64,000 nucleotides of DNA, from positions 66,538-130,537 of the forward strand of contig JBGTES010000002.1 of the NCBI GenBank assembly GCA_041747675.1, in the 5' to 3' direction. The translations under genes and the position numbers were made by a program. Positions 28,602 to 39,228 of this stretch are shown piece after piece (the stretch's first letter is position 1; each line of letters starts with the position of its first letter). Origin of the DNA: Flavobacteriales bacterium. GTDB lineage: Bacteria; Bacteroidota; Bacteroidia; Flavobacteriales_F; PHOS-HE28. The notes below the pieces were generated by a model that had not been told where the DNA came from, did not search any database, and saw only the letters and a list, made by a program, of their open reading frames with translations.

Positions 28602-29285
28602 ATGGAACGCTTCCTCTACCTGGGCCTTGTTGTGTTCAGCATCAGCTTTCCGCTGCTGGCCAGCTTCGAGCCACGCATCCGCTTCCACCGCAAATGGCCG
28701 GGCTTGTTCCTGGGCATCGCCGTCATGGCATTGGTGTTCCTGATATGGGATGCGTTGTTCACCGCGCACGGTGTGTGGGGCTTCAACCCTCGCTACCTGG
28801 TGGGACCGCACCTGTTCGGCATGCCCATCGAAGAGTGGTTGTTCTTCCTGATGATACCTTATGCCTGCGTGTTCCTCTACGAGGTGATGCGCTACTATGT
28901 CAGGCGTGATCTGCTGGGACCATTGGCCAGGCCCTTCAGTATCATATTGATGATCGCGCTTGTGGTCATCGGGACACTGAACCTGGATAAGCTGTACACA
29001 TCCATCACCTTCCTGAGCACCGCAGTCTACCTCGCTTTCGTTGTATTCGTGCTTCGGCCCAACTGGCTGGGGCGCTTCTACATCGGCTACGCAGTAAGCC
29101 TGATCCCCTTCTTGTTGGTGAATGGTCTGCTCACCGGCTGGCTGCTGGAGGAGCCGGTGGTGTGGTACAATGATGCGGAGAACCTCGGCATCCGCCTGGG
29201 GACCATTCCCGTGGAGGACAGCATCTATCTCTTGTTGATGCTGTTGATGGTGGTCACCTTCTACGAGCGGCCGCTGAAGCGCTGA
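28602..29285 (+). CDS. Lycopene cyclase domain protein (CrtYcd-type small membrane cyclase)
   Basis: 227 aa, 6-7 TM helices. PxEE(W/F) motifs (MPIEEWLFFLMIPY and TIPVEDSIYLLLM) are characteristic of the heterodimeric/fused lycopene cyclase domain. ATG at 28602; the track start is TTG. Confidence 0.7.
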   Translation: MERFLYLGLVVFSISFPLLASFEPRIRFHRKWPGLFLGIAVMALVFLIWDALFTAHGVWGFNPRYLVGPHLFGMPIEEWLFFLMIPYACVFLYEVMRYYVRRDLLGPLARPFSIILMIALVVIGTLNLDKLYTSITFLSTAVYLAFVVFVLRPNWLGRFYIGYAVSLIPFLLVNGLLTGWLLEEPVVWYNDAENLGIRLGTIPVEDSIYLLLMLLMVVTFYERPLKR

Positions 29286-29862
29286 GCAAGCCCGAAGAGC
29301 CCCGCCATTGCCGGTGCCACCGCAGCAGGGCCGCCACCGAAAGGCCCACGTACACGGCGTACAAACCCGCGTAGGCATATAGTTCCAGCAGGATGTAGAG
29401 CACGATGGCGGCGAGGTCCGTGACGATCCACCAGGCCCAGTTCTCCAGGATCTTGCGTGCCAGCATCCACGTGGCCAACAGGCTGAAGGCCGTGACCGAC
29501 GCATCGAGGCCGACGTGCTGGCCATCGGGCCAGACGCGCGCGGCATGATACAGAAGCACTGCGGCCATGGTCCCTGCGAGCAGTATCAGCAGATGGAAGA
29601 TCGGGCCCCGCCGGGTGATGGGCAGTTCGCCGCCGCGCCCCTGCCCCCATTGCCACCAGCCGTAGGCCCCCATCAGGACATAGAAGGCATTGAGGCCCAC
29701 TTGTGCATACACCTGGAGATGCCAGAACAGTACCACCCCCAATGCCGAGGCCCCGATGCCGAAGAGCCAGCCAATGCGCCGCTCGTATAGCATCAGCACC
29801 GTGTAGGCGAGATTGCCCGCCACGGCAAGGAGTTCGATGTGGGTGTAGGAGGACAAGGGCAA
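29254..29862 (-). CDS. pnuC: PnuC-family vitamin transporter (NR, thiamin PnuT or riboflavin PnuX type; specificity unresolved)
   Basis: TM1 aligns with E. coli PnuC (LSSYTHIELLAVAGNLAYTVL vs LSWIEAVGTIAGLL). Conserved YGWWQW motif and ILENWAWWIVTDLAAIVLY. No in-frame ATG ahead of TM1. Candidate TTG starts at 29862 and 29856; the track start at 30006 is also TTG. Confidence 0.7.
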   Translation of the reverse strand: MPLSSYTHIELLAVAGNLAYTVLMLYERRIGWLFGIGASALGVVLFWHLQVYAQVGLNAFYVLMGAYGWWQWGQGRGGELPITRRGPIFHLLILLAGTMAAVLLYHAARVWPDGQHVGLDASVTAFSLLATWMLARKILENWAWWIVTDLAAIVLYILLELYAYAGLYAVYVGLSVAALLRWHRQWRGSSGLLSASAAARRR

Positions 29863-30019
29863 AAGATGAATAGGGAAAAGGGAAAGGAAGGTTGAAGGTT
29901 GAAGGTTAAAGATCTGGGTCGAGGGTCGCTCAGCTACCAAGAAGTGATCGGCACCCTGCTGACAACAGCCAAGACCCCACCCCAACAGAACTCCGCACTG
30001 GGACAATGCCCGATCATCC

Positions 30020-30622
30020 CTACATCCCGCAATTACAGGGCTGCGAGAAGAAGATCTTCGCTTTGGGGAGCAGTTCCTCGATGCGGTCCATCTCGGGTTG
30101 TTCCATTTGGATCGCCCGCAGGTCGAAGAAGCGAAGTGCCTTCATGCCCTCGATCTCGTCGGGAAACTCCGCCAGGTCGTTGCTCCACAAGTCCAATGAG
30201 ATCAGTTCGGAAAGCTTGCCCATGCACTTGGGCAGCCCGCGGATCTGGTTGCGGCTCATGTCCAGGCGCTTGAGGTGGCGCATTTTGCAGATGGTCTTGG
30301 GGATCGTTTGCAGCTTGTTGCGCGAGATCCGCAGCTCCTGCATGTGCTCCAACTCGCCGAACCAATCCGGCAGTTCGCGCAGGCGGTTGCCGGAAAGGTC
30401 CAATGCGTTGAGATCCTTGAATCCGCGCACTTCTTCGGGCACGGTCTTCAGTTTGCGGCCGCTGAGATCCAGGCGGTACACCGGTCCATCATGTTTCAGG
30501 GCGCGCTCCATACTGCGGAAGGTGCGCACCGAGTCCAGCGCTGACTGCGACAGCAATTGTGCCTGGCCGGAGAGACCATGCGCCAGGCAGGCGATCAACA
30601 GTATGTGGGTGATCTTCTTCAT
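30020..30622 (-). CDS. Secreted leucine-rich-repeat (LRR) protein
   Basis: Signal peptide, then about 6 LRR units (LDLSGNRLRELP, LRISRNKLQTIP, LDMSRNQIRGLP, LDLWSNDLAEFP). ATG at 30622 overlaps the ribF stop (ATGA). Confidence 0.75.
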   Translation of the reverse strand: MKKITHILLIACLAHGLSGQAQLLSQSALDSVRTFRSMERALKHDGPVYRLDLSGRKLKTVPEEVRGFKDLNALDLSGNRLRELPDWFGELEHMQELRISRNKLQTIPKTICKMRHLKRLDMSRNQIRGLPKCMGKLSELISLDLWSNDLAEFPDEIEGMKALRFFDLRAIQMEQPEMDRIEELLPKAKIFFSQPCNCGM

Positions 30623-31581
30623 TCCTTGTCGATCCGGTGTGCCATGGCCTGCTCACGGTCGCGGCCCAGTTGTTCGCGCAGGCCATCCAGCCCATCAAAG
30701 CGCATATCGCCACGTATCCTCTCCACAAAACGCACGTTGATCGCCTCGCCGTACAGATCCCGTTCCCCTGTTCGGTATTCGTCGGCCAGGCCGAAGATAT
30801 TCACCTCCACTACTTGTTGCCCCGCCGCGCCAGGTACTGTGGGTCGCTGGCCGATGTACAGCATACCCTGGAAGATACCCTCGCGCAGTTCCACCGCCAC
30901 TACGTACACCCCCTCGCCCGGCACCAGCTTGTGCGGATCGATGGCCCCGATATTGGCCGTGGGATAGCCCAGGGTCCGTCCCAACTGGTCGCCCTTCACC
31001 ACCACGCCGCTGAGCGGATAACGGTAGCCCAGCAGTTCATTGGCTGTTGCCACATCACCCTGGGTCAGCGCATGCCGCACCTTGGTGCTGCTCACGGTGA
31101 TATGGTCCACCTCATGGGCGGGGATCTCCACCACCTGGAAGCCATGCAACGGGGCCATCCGCTCCAGCATGGGCAGGTCGCCTGCGCGGTCGCGCCCGAA
31201 GCGATGGTCGTGGCCGATCACCACCGCATGCACGCCGATGGATCTCACCATCACATTTCGAACGTATTCCTCCGCCGCCATGTTGGAGAAGGCCCGCGAG
31301 AAGGGTACCACAAGCAGGTGGTCCAGTCCGGTGTGGTCCAAGAGCGCTGCCTTCTCCTGTGGCGTGTTCAGGAGCTTCAGGTCGGTGTGCTCGGGGAAGA
31401 GCACCATGCGCGGGTGGGGGTGGAAGGTGAAGAGTACGCTCTCGCCACCTTCCCTTTTTGCCATGGCCGTAAGGCGCTCCAGTACCATGCGATGGCCCCG
31501 ATGCACACCGTCGAAGGTGCCCGTGGTGAGCACAGGACGCGTGACATCACGGAAAGCCGACAGGTCGGTGTGGATGCGCAT
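30619..31581 (-). CDS. ribF: Bifunctional riboflavin kinase / FAD synthetase
   Basis: FMN adenylyltransferase N-domain (LTTGTFDGVHRGHR) and riboflavin kinase C-domain (GYPTANI...). ATG verified at 31581-31579; the track ORF extends 55 aa further upstream. Confidence 0.9.
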   Translation of the reverse strand: MRIHTDLSAFRDVTRPVLTTGTFDGVHRGHRMVLERLTAMAKREGGESVLFTFHPHPRMVLFPEHTDLKLLNTPQEKAALLDHTGLDHLLVVPFSRAFSNMAAEEYVRNVMVRSIGVHAVVIGHDHRFGRDRAGDLPMLERMAPLHGFQVVEIPAHEVDHITVSSTKVRHALTQGDVATANELLGYRYPLSGVVVKGDQLGRTLGYPTANIGAIDPHKLVPGEGVYVVAVELREGIFQGMLYIGQRPTVPGAAGQQVVEVNIFGLADEYRTGERDLYGEAINVRFVERIRGDMRFDGLDGLREQLGRDREQAMAHRIDKE

Positions 31582-31663
31582 GGGCGCCAAAGGTCGCTTT
31601 CGGAACCGAGGTGCGATGTGTCGATCTGGCTTGTGCGGATCTCCTCGACCGACCGGCATGTAA

Positions 31664-33316
<1,653 letters not shown>

Positions 33317-33387
33317 GTGCGCTGGACCGATCGAGGCATTCTCTGTGAACGCGCAGCTTTCCATAGCGATGTAGTATTTGTCCAAAG

Positions 33388-33447
33388 TCTTATGTCCTAT
33401 GCCTGACCCCCTACGTGGACGATCGGGGTCAGGCATAGGGCATAAGA
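33388..33447 (+). repeat. Perfect 23-bp inverted repeat (hairpin) in the atpD-atpC intercistronic spacer
   Basis: TCTTATGTCCTATGCCTGACCCC - loop CTACGTGGACGATC - GGGGTCAGGCATAGGGCATAAGA. One G-U wobble. No U-tract on either side. Confidence 0.8.
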
Positions 33448-33469
33448 CAACAGTCAACAGACATTCCTC

Positions 33470-33703
33470 ATGAGAGTAGAGATCATCACCCCGGATAAAA
33501 AGCTCTTCAACGGCGAAGCTTCCTACGTGGGCGTGCCCGGCATCGACGGCAGCATGGGTTTCCTGGAGAACCACGCCCCGCTGATCACCGTGCTGAAGGC
33601 TGGCGATGTGAAGGTGAAGACCACCGAAGGTGAGAAGACCTTCCCTGTGAAAGGTGGCGTGGTGGAGGTGAGCAACAACACGGTGATCGTGCTGGCGGAG
33701 TAG
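33470..33703 (+). CDS. atpC: F0F1 ATP synthase subunit epsilon
   Basis: 77 aa: MRVEIITPDKKLFNGEASYVGVPGIDGSMGFLENHAPLITVLKAGDVKV... Confidence 0.9.
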   Translation: MRVEIITPDKKLFNGEASYVGVPGIDGSMGFLENHAPLITVLKAGDVKVKTTEGEKTFPVKGGVVEVSNNTVIVLAE

Positions 33704-33783
33704 GCGCCGAAGTCTTCGACCCCTACTCCGTCAGCGCACATGTACAACTGCTAACAGCGCTCCGGTGGGGCGCGGTTCCTGTT

Positions 33784-36700
33784 ATGTGTAATGCCACCCA
33801 CTGTCATTCATCCCTGGCGTTGCGCACCACCGAGCGCAGTTGCACGTCGCCGCCAGCATCGGGGCTACCTTTCCCGGGCTTGAACCGCCTGCTCGCTACC
33901 GCCTTCCTACCCTTCGCCATCACTGCTGCCGCACAACAGGCCGAGGTGACACGCTACGACGTGGCCGATGGCCTGCCGCAAAGCATGGTGAACCATGTGC
34001 TGCAAGACAGTGATGGCTTCATCTGGCTGGGCACCGGAGATGGATTGGCACGCTTCGATGGACAGCGTTTCGTAGTGTACAAGCATGATCCGCAGGACAG
34101 CACCACGCTTTCGCACAATAACATTTGGGGATTGGCGGAAAGGGACGAACACTCCCTGTGGGTGGGAACACGCAGCGGGCTGGACGTGCTGGACCGCCGC
34201 ACGGGGCGGGTGAGGCACCACCCCACAGGCCTGCCGTCCAAGGAGGACGGCTGCTGGACAGTGCTGGGCACCACAACAGACGAGCAGGTGTGGTACTCGC
34301 CACTCAACGGCCATCTGCTGAGGATCGGTCCGCATGGGCAGCGGCTGCAGCGCCTCACGCACGCAGCGAGCTACGCCACGCATCTTGATGCATCCAGTGG
34401 CACGATCAGCCAATACCTCTCGCATGACAGCCTGCTTACGATCCATGCGGAAGGCGAAGAAACAGTGGCGCAATTACCCAAGTCAAAACAAGAGCGCATC
34501 ACGGACCTGGTCAAGATCGGCGATCGCTGGCTGATGCTCTCGGACCAGAGCGCCTGGCTTTGGTCACCACAGCTTGGCCGCCTGCCGCTGCCACCCGCTA
34601 CACAGGCCTGGATGGACCATCCATCAGTAAAGAAGCGCGGCGCCATCGCCGATGACGGGAGCATCTGGGTGGGCGGCTCCGGGCAAGGGGTGGTCGTGTT
34701 GGACACCGCGCTGCACATCGTCCGATCATATCCGCTGTTGCCTCCCACAGAACGGCCGTTGGACATCACCTCCATCACCTTCGACCGGCAGGGCAATATC
34801 TGGGTGGGCACCGACGGAAAAGGGGTGTTCAAGATCGCGCCACAGCGGATCAAGTTCGGGCGTTGCATGCCTGGACAGGGCCTGCCATGGGAGCCTCCCT
34901 CATGGTTCGTACGCGGTTTCGCGCCATGGGACGCCCACCAGGTATTGGTGAACCTCTATCAAGGTGGCTTCGCGGTCTTCGATGAACGTACCAACATATT
35001 GCTGCCACTGGAACTTCCACCGGCGACCAGGCAATTGATACAGGAAGCCGACCTCTTCGGTCCCTCGGCGGACCTGCGCGGCACGCTCTGGCTACGTGAC
35101 CCCACAAGGGTGTCCGCCCTGGTCATGGGCAGTGGACGATCGCTGTTCCCCGATGGATGGATCGCTAGAAACGCCCTGGCCTGCAATAAGGATGGGGACA
35201 TGGTCACCTTGGACAAGCGCGGACTGTGGGCCATGCGATATGGGACTGAAGGCATCCGTGCGGAAGCACTTCCCTCCACACGCCTGAGTCATTGGATGGA
35301 TAGCATGGGAATGGTCCCCAACCGCATGGCCTTTGATGCGCAGGACAGGCTTTTCCTTTGCCAGAGCGTATTGCCGATCACTGTTTGGAAGGATGATCGG
35401 CGGATCGCCGCAGGCCCGTTCCATGACGATCTGCGCTTCACCTCGATCCAGCCGGACGACAGTGTGGATCTTTGGATGACCACCAATGATGGCCTGTATT
35501 TGCTTGCCGGCAGCGACCTGTCGGTGAAACGCCATTGGACCACGCATGATGGCCTGCCGGATCAGTTCCTCTATGGCATGCTCCCGGCCGGTGATGGCAC
35601 TTGGTGGATCTCCTCCAATAGTGGCCTGAGCCATTTCGACCCTGAGGCGGAAACCTTCACCAACTACGGTGTCGCGGATGGCGTGCAAAGCAGCGAGTAC
35701 AATTCGAACGCCTTCTACCGCTCGCGCAGCGGGCGCCTGTATTTCGGTGGCGTGAATGGCTTCAATCATTTCCTGCCCGGCGATGTCGGCACCGATCCCG
35801 ATACCGCCCACGTGCTGATCGTCGGTCTCGCCGTGCAGGACAGCATCGTTGATCTGGCAGTGTTGGGCAATGCCCCCGGCGTGGTGCTGCCGCATGGCCG
35901 CAACCACCTGCGCATCGATCTGGCGGTGCTGGAATTCTCGGCGCCGGAACACAACCGGTATCGCTATCGTGTCACCGGCTATTCGGAGTGGCAGGAGCAT
36001 GAGGTGATCCGCCCCATCAGCCTCACCAACATGCCGGCCGGAGCATACACACTGGAGGTGGTGGGCATCAATGGCGACGGCCTGGCCTCCACCCCGCGCA
36101 CACTGCTCAGCATCTCCGTGCCACTGCCATTCACTTCCTCACCCGGATTCTACGTGGTGCTGGGAATGCTATTCATCGGTGCGGCAGGCGGCATCGGCTT
36201 CCTTGTCTATCGCCAGCGCATGGAACGACGGCACGAACGCATCGCACAAGAAATGAAGGAGTTGCGGATCAGAGCAAGGATCGCACAGGACCTGCACGAC
36301 GATCTGGGAAGTGGCCTGGCGCGCATCACAGCACTATCGCGCACCGCCGAACGCAACATCGTCAAGGGCGATGATGTGCGCATACCAGTGGGCAAGTTGA
36401 CCACGCTCTCGCAGGAATTGATGCATGACCTGCGCGATGTGGTGTGGGTGAACGATCCCTGTGGGGGTGAACTGGCCGACCTTCTTTTGCGGATCCGCGA
36501 CCACGCCCTTGACCTGTTCGAGGGAACGAACACCATCTGCACAGTCCACTATCCCAGGCCACTACCCGAAAGGAACATCGGGCCCACGGCCAAGCGCGAT
36601 CTGTATCTCATCGCCAAGGAGGCAGCTCACAATGCCTTGAAATACAGCGGAGCATCAGCCTTCGACCTCGTCTTTCACATCGATGTCGAAGGCTTCCGAA

Positions 36701-36876
36701 TGGAACTGCGTGACAATGGGCGTGGGCTGAATGATGGCGCCAAGACCCAGGGGCACGGCCTGCGCAACATGCAGGACCGGGCGGTGGAGATCGGCTGCAC
36801 GCTGGTGGCCGGGAAACACGACCAAGGTGGATTCCAATTGGTGCTTGCCGGACCGGTCGCCAGCCTCGACCTTTGA
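33784..36876 (+). CDS. Sensor histidine kinase with periplasmic two-component-regulator beta-propellers and Y_Y_Y domain, HisKA_3 type
   Basis: Repeated propeller units (GLPQSMVNHVLQDSDGFIWLGTGDGLARFDG...), a Y_Y_Y-like region (NRYRYRVTGYSEWQEH), one TM helix, dimerisation/His box AQDLHDDLGSGLARI, and HATPase_c (EAAHNALKYS...DNGRGL). Confidence 0.85.
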   Translation: MCNATHCHSSLALRTTERSCTSPPASGLPFPGLNRLLATAFLPFAITAAAQQAEVTRYDVADGLPQSMVNHVLQDSDGFIWLGTGDGLARFDGQRFVVYKHDPQDSTTLSHNNIWGLAERDEHSLWVGTRSGLDVLDRRTGRVRHHPTGLPSKEDGCWTVLGTTTDEQVWYSPLNGHLLRIGPHGQRLQRLTHAASYATHLDASSGTISQYLSHDSLLTIHAEGEETVAQLPKSKQERITDLVKIGDRWLMLSDQSAWLWSPQLGRLPLPPATQAWMDHPSVKKRGAIADDGSIWVGGSGQGVVVLDTALHIVRSYPLLPPTERPLDITSITFDRQGNIWVGTDGKGVFKIAPQRIKFGRCMPGQGLPWEPPSWFVRGFAPWDAHQVLVNLYQGGFAVFDERTNILLPLELPPATRQLIQEADLFGPSADLRGTLWLRDPTRVSALVMGSGRSLFPDGWIARNALACNKDGDMVTLDKRGLWAMRYGTEGIRAEALPSTRLSHWMDSMGMVPNRMAFDAQDRLFLCQSVLPITVWKDDRRIAAGPFHDDLRFTSIQPDDSVDLWMTTNDGLYLLAGSDLSVKRHWTTHDGLPDQFLYGMLPAGDGTWWISSNSGLSHFDPEAETFTNYGVADGVQSSEYNSNAFYRSRSGRLYFGGVNGFNHFLPGDVGTDPDTAHVLIVGLAVQDSIVDLAVLGNAPGVVLPHGRNHLRIDLAVLEFSAPEHNRYRYRVTGYSEWQEHEVIRPISLTNMPAGAYTLEVVGINGDGLASTPRTLLSISVPLPFTSSPGFYVVLGMLFIGAAGGIGFLVYRQRMERRHERIAQEMKELRIRARIAQDLHDDLGSGLARITALSRTAERNIVKGDDVRIPVGKLTTLSQELMHDLRDVVWVNDPCGGELADLLLRIRDHALDLFEGTNTICTVHYPRPLPERNIGPTAKRDLYLIAKEAAHNALKYSGASAFDLVFHIDVEGFRMELRDNGRGLNDGAKTQGHGLRNMQDRAVEIGCTLVAGKHDQGGFQLVLAGPVASLDL

Positions 36877-36879
36877 GAC

Positions 36880-37506
36880 ATGCCGATCCGTGTCACCATC
36901 GTGGAGGACGATGACGTTATGATGGAGGCGCTCTACAACGCGATCCAGGATGACCCCGAACTGGTCCTGGCCGGTCGGTTCAACACTGCCGAGCGCTTCC
37001 TGGAAGGGATGCCAGCGGACCCACCCCAGGTGGTGATCATGGATATCAATCTGCCAGGGATCAGTGGTGTGGAGGCCGTGCGGACCATGAAGCCCCGCTT
37101 CCCCGAAATGCAGTTCCTGATCTGCACGGTGCAGGACGATGACGATAATCTGTTCCGCGCGATCTGCGCGGGTGCCACGGGCTATCTACTGAAGGACGCG
37201 TCTTCCGAAAGGATCATCGCATCCGTGAAGGAGGTGCACACTGGAGGTTCACCCATGAGCGCGGGCATCGCCAGGCGCGTGCTTCACATCGTGCGGCAGC
37301 AGCATGATCCGGCACCGGAGATCGCCCACCTCACCGAACGGGAACGCCAGGTGCTGGAGGAACTTGCACAGGGCTTCCGTTACAAGGAGATCGCCGACCG
37401 ATTGTCGTTGAGCATGGACACGGTGCGGACCCACATCCGCAACCTGTACCACAAGCTGCAGGTCAGTTCGCGCACCGACGCGTTGAACAAGCTCTATCCG
37501 CGCTGA
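36880..37506 (+). CDS. NarL/LuxR-family response regulator (REC + LuxR HTH)
   Basis: IVEDDDVMMEAL...VVIMDINLPGISG receiver and C-terminal HTH ERERQVLEELAQGFRYKEIADRLSLSMDTVRTHIRNLYHKL. Begins 4 nt after the kinase stop. Confidence 0.9.
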   Translation: MPIRVTIVEDDDVMMEALYNAIQDDPELVLAGRFNTAERFLEGMPADPPQVVIMDINLPGISGVEAVRTMKPRFPEMQFLICTVQDDDDNLFRAICAGATGYLLKDASSERIIASVKEVHTGGSPMSAGIARRVLHIVRQQHDPAPEIAHLTERERQVLEELAQGFRYKEIADRLSLSMDTVRTHIRNLYHKLQVSSRTDALNKLYPR

Positions 37507-37652
37507 TCTCGGAAAGAGGGACCCCATACCAACATGCCATAGCGCATGCATAAGGGCTGAGGTGCCGTCAGGACACTTCACACAAAAGCGGTATTGTGGA
37601 GGGTGTGGATCTGGGGAACATTTGACCCCCACCCACAAACCATCGTTGCATC

Positions 37653-39224
37653 ATGCGCTCCGCCCTGCTCACGTTCCTGCTCCTACCCATCACGCTCCTG
37701 GCCCAAAAGGAATTCCCCGAGGTGTGGGCAAGCAAATTCGCGGTGGAGGCCAGATGGAAGGTCTACAGTCCGGACCTCACCTACCTGATCGGGGGCGATA
37801 TGAACGAGATCCAGGTGCTCGAGGGGGCCACGGGCAAGTCCTTGTGGGTCTATAACTTCAAGGAGCAACTGGGTGTGAAGAAGTGCGAGGATTGGAACAC
37901 GGACCACACCACGGAGTCCATCGAAGTGATCATCCAAAAGGGGAAGGATGGAACGCGGGAGTCCGTCCACCTCGACTATCGTACGGGAGCGGTCGTGGCC
38001 CAGAAGGACCTAGCCGCACGGACTAAAGAGAAGGTCAAGGTGAAACGAAGCCGCTTTCGCAAGAGCCACATCAGTCAGACACAGTGCTACGACGAGGCCA
38101 CCAACACCACCATCGACCTGGACTATGAGAACAAGCGCAATATCGGGGTGAAGAAAGGCACCGAACTGGAACTCACGGTGGAGGCCTCGGGCGGCAAGAC
38201 ATGGAAGACCACCTTCACAGGCCGGGTGGTTTCACGGCTTACACAGCAATACCTCTCCGCCGATGAAGGGGATGTGATCCTGGACATCATCTGCAGCCAT
38301 GGTAAAGTGTTCGTCGTGTACGAAGGCATCACGTGCCTCGACCTGGCAACGGGCAAGGTGCTCTGGAACACCACCTTCGATAATGTGGAGTTCAGTTCCG
38401 GATTGAAGGCCAAGCAGGAGATCGGCCGCAGTGCCATGCCATTGGTCGCCGCGGACGGCGTGTACATCTGCGACTTCACCAAGGGCGAACGCGCCATCAA
38501 GAAGCTGGATGTGAACACCGGTGCCGTGATCTGGCAGGCGGACAAGCTGAAGAAGGACGACATCGTCTCGGCGCTCCTGCTCGATGGCGGCAACCTCATC
38601 GCACGTTTCGGGGGCGTGATCCGTGTGGAACAATACATCCCGGGCATGGATGGGAATCCCGATGTCTACAAGGCGGAGTACGTCTTTGAGGGCAGCACCA
38701 GCCTGCGCGCCTACAATGCTGGCACGGGTCAGGTGGTATGGCATACCGCCGACATGGACCTGGCGGACAATTTCAAGAAGAGCGAGTGCAACATCCTGAA
38801 CGCGGACGGGAAGGTCTTCGCCTGCGGGGAGAAGAACCTCTACATCTTCGATGCTGCCACCGGTGCGCTGGTCAAGCAGGGGGAATACAATGCGAAGGAG
38901 GTGGGCAGGGCCCGTGCGTTATACAACTACGAGGGCTCATACCTCGTGGCGGGTGAGAAGGGTGTGGCGCGGCTGGACGCGGAACTGGGACAGATGTATG
39001 CCACCAATACCGGCAAATGCCTGGACATGGATGTATACGGCGATGCGCTTATCGTATGGACCGGTAAGGACTTCGACGACCGGAAACAGTTCGTGCGATT
39101 CGACCCGGAATCTGGTTCCATCCTTGGGATCATCAAGGATTGCCCGAACCCCTATTTCAACAACGTTGGCGACCGTTTCGTGAAGTTCGATGGGCAGAAG
39201 GTGATGCAGTATCGGACCAACTGA
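37653..39224 (+). CDS. Secreted PQQ-like / BamB-like beta-propeller repeat protein (hypothetical)
   Basis: Signal peptide. Repeated units of the form TGKxLWxxxF / TGAVIWQAD / TGQVVWHTAD are typical of PQQ-enzyme-repeat propellers. Confidence 0.55.
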   Translation: MRSALLTFLLLPITLLAQKEFPEVWASKFAVEARWKVYSPDLTYLIGGDMNEIQVLEGATGKSLWVYNFKEQLGVKKCEDWNTDHTTESIEVIIQKGKDGTRESVHLDYRTGAVVAQKDLAARTKEKVKVKRSRFRKSHISQTQCYDEATNTTIDLDYENKRNIGVKKGTELELTVEASGGKTWKTTFTGRVVSRLTQQYLSADEGDVILDIICSHGKVFVVYEGITCLDLATGKVLWNTTFDNVEFSSGLKAKQEIGRSAMPLVAADGVYICDFTKGERAIKKLDVNTGAVIWQADKLKKDDIVSALLLDGGNLIARFGGVIRVEQYIPGMDGNPDVYKAEYVFEGSTSLRAYNAGTGQVVWHTADMDLADNFKKSECNILNADGKVFACGEKNLYIFDAATGALVKQGEYNAKEVGRARALYNYEGSYLVAGEKGVARLDAELGQMYATNTGKCLDMDVYGDALIVWTGKDFDDRKQFVRFDPESGSILGIIKDCPNPYFNNVGDRFVKFDGQKVMQYRTN

Positions 39225-39228
39225 GCCC

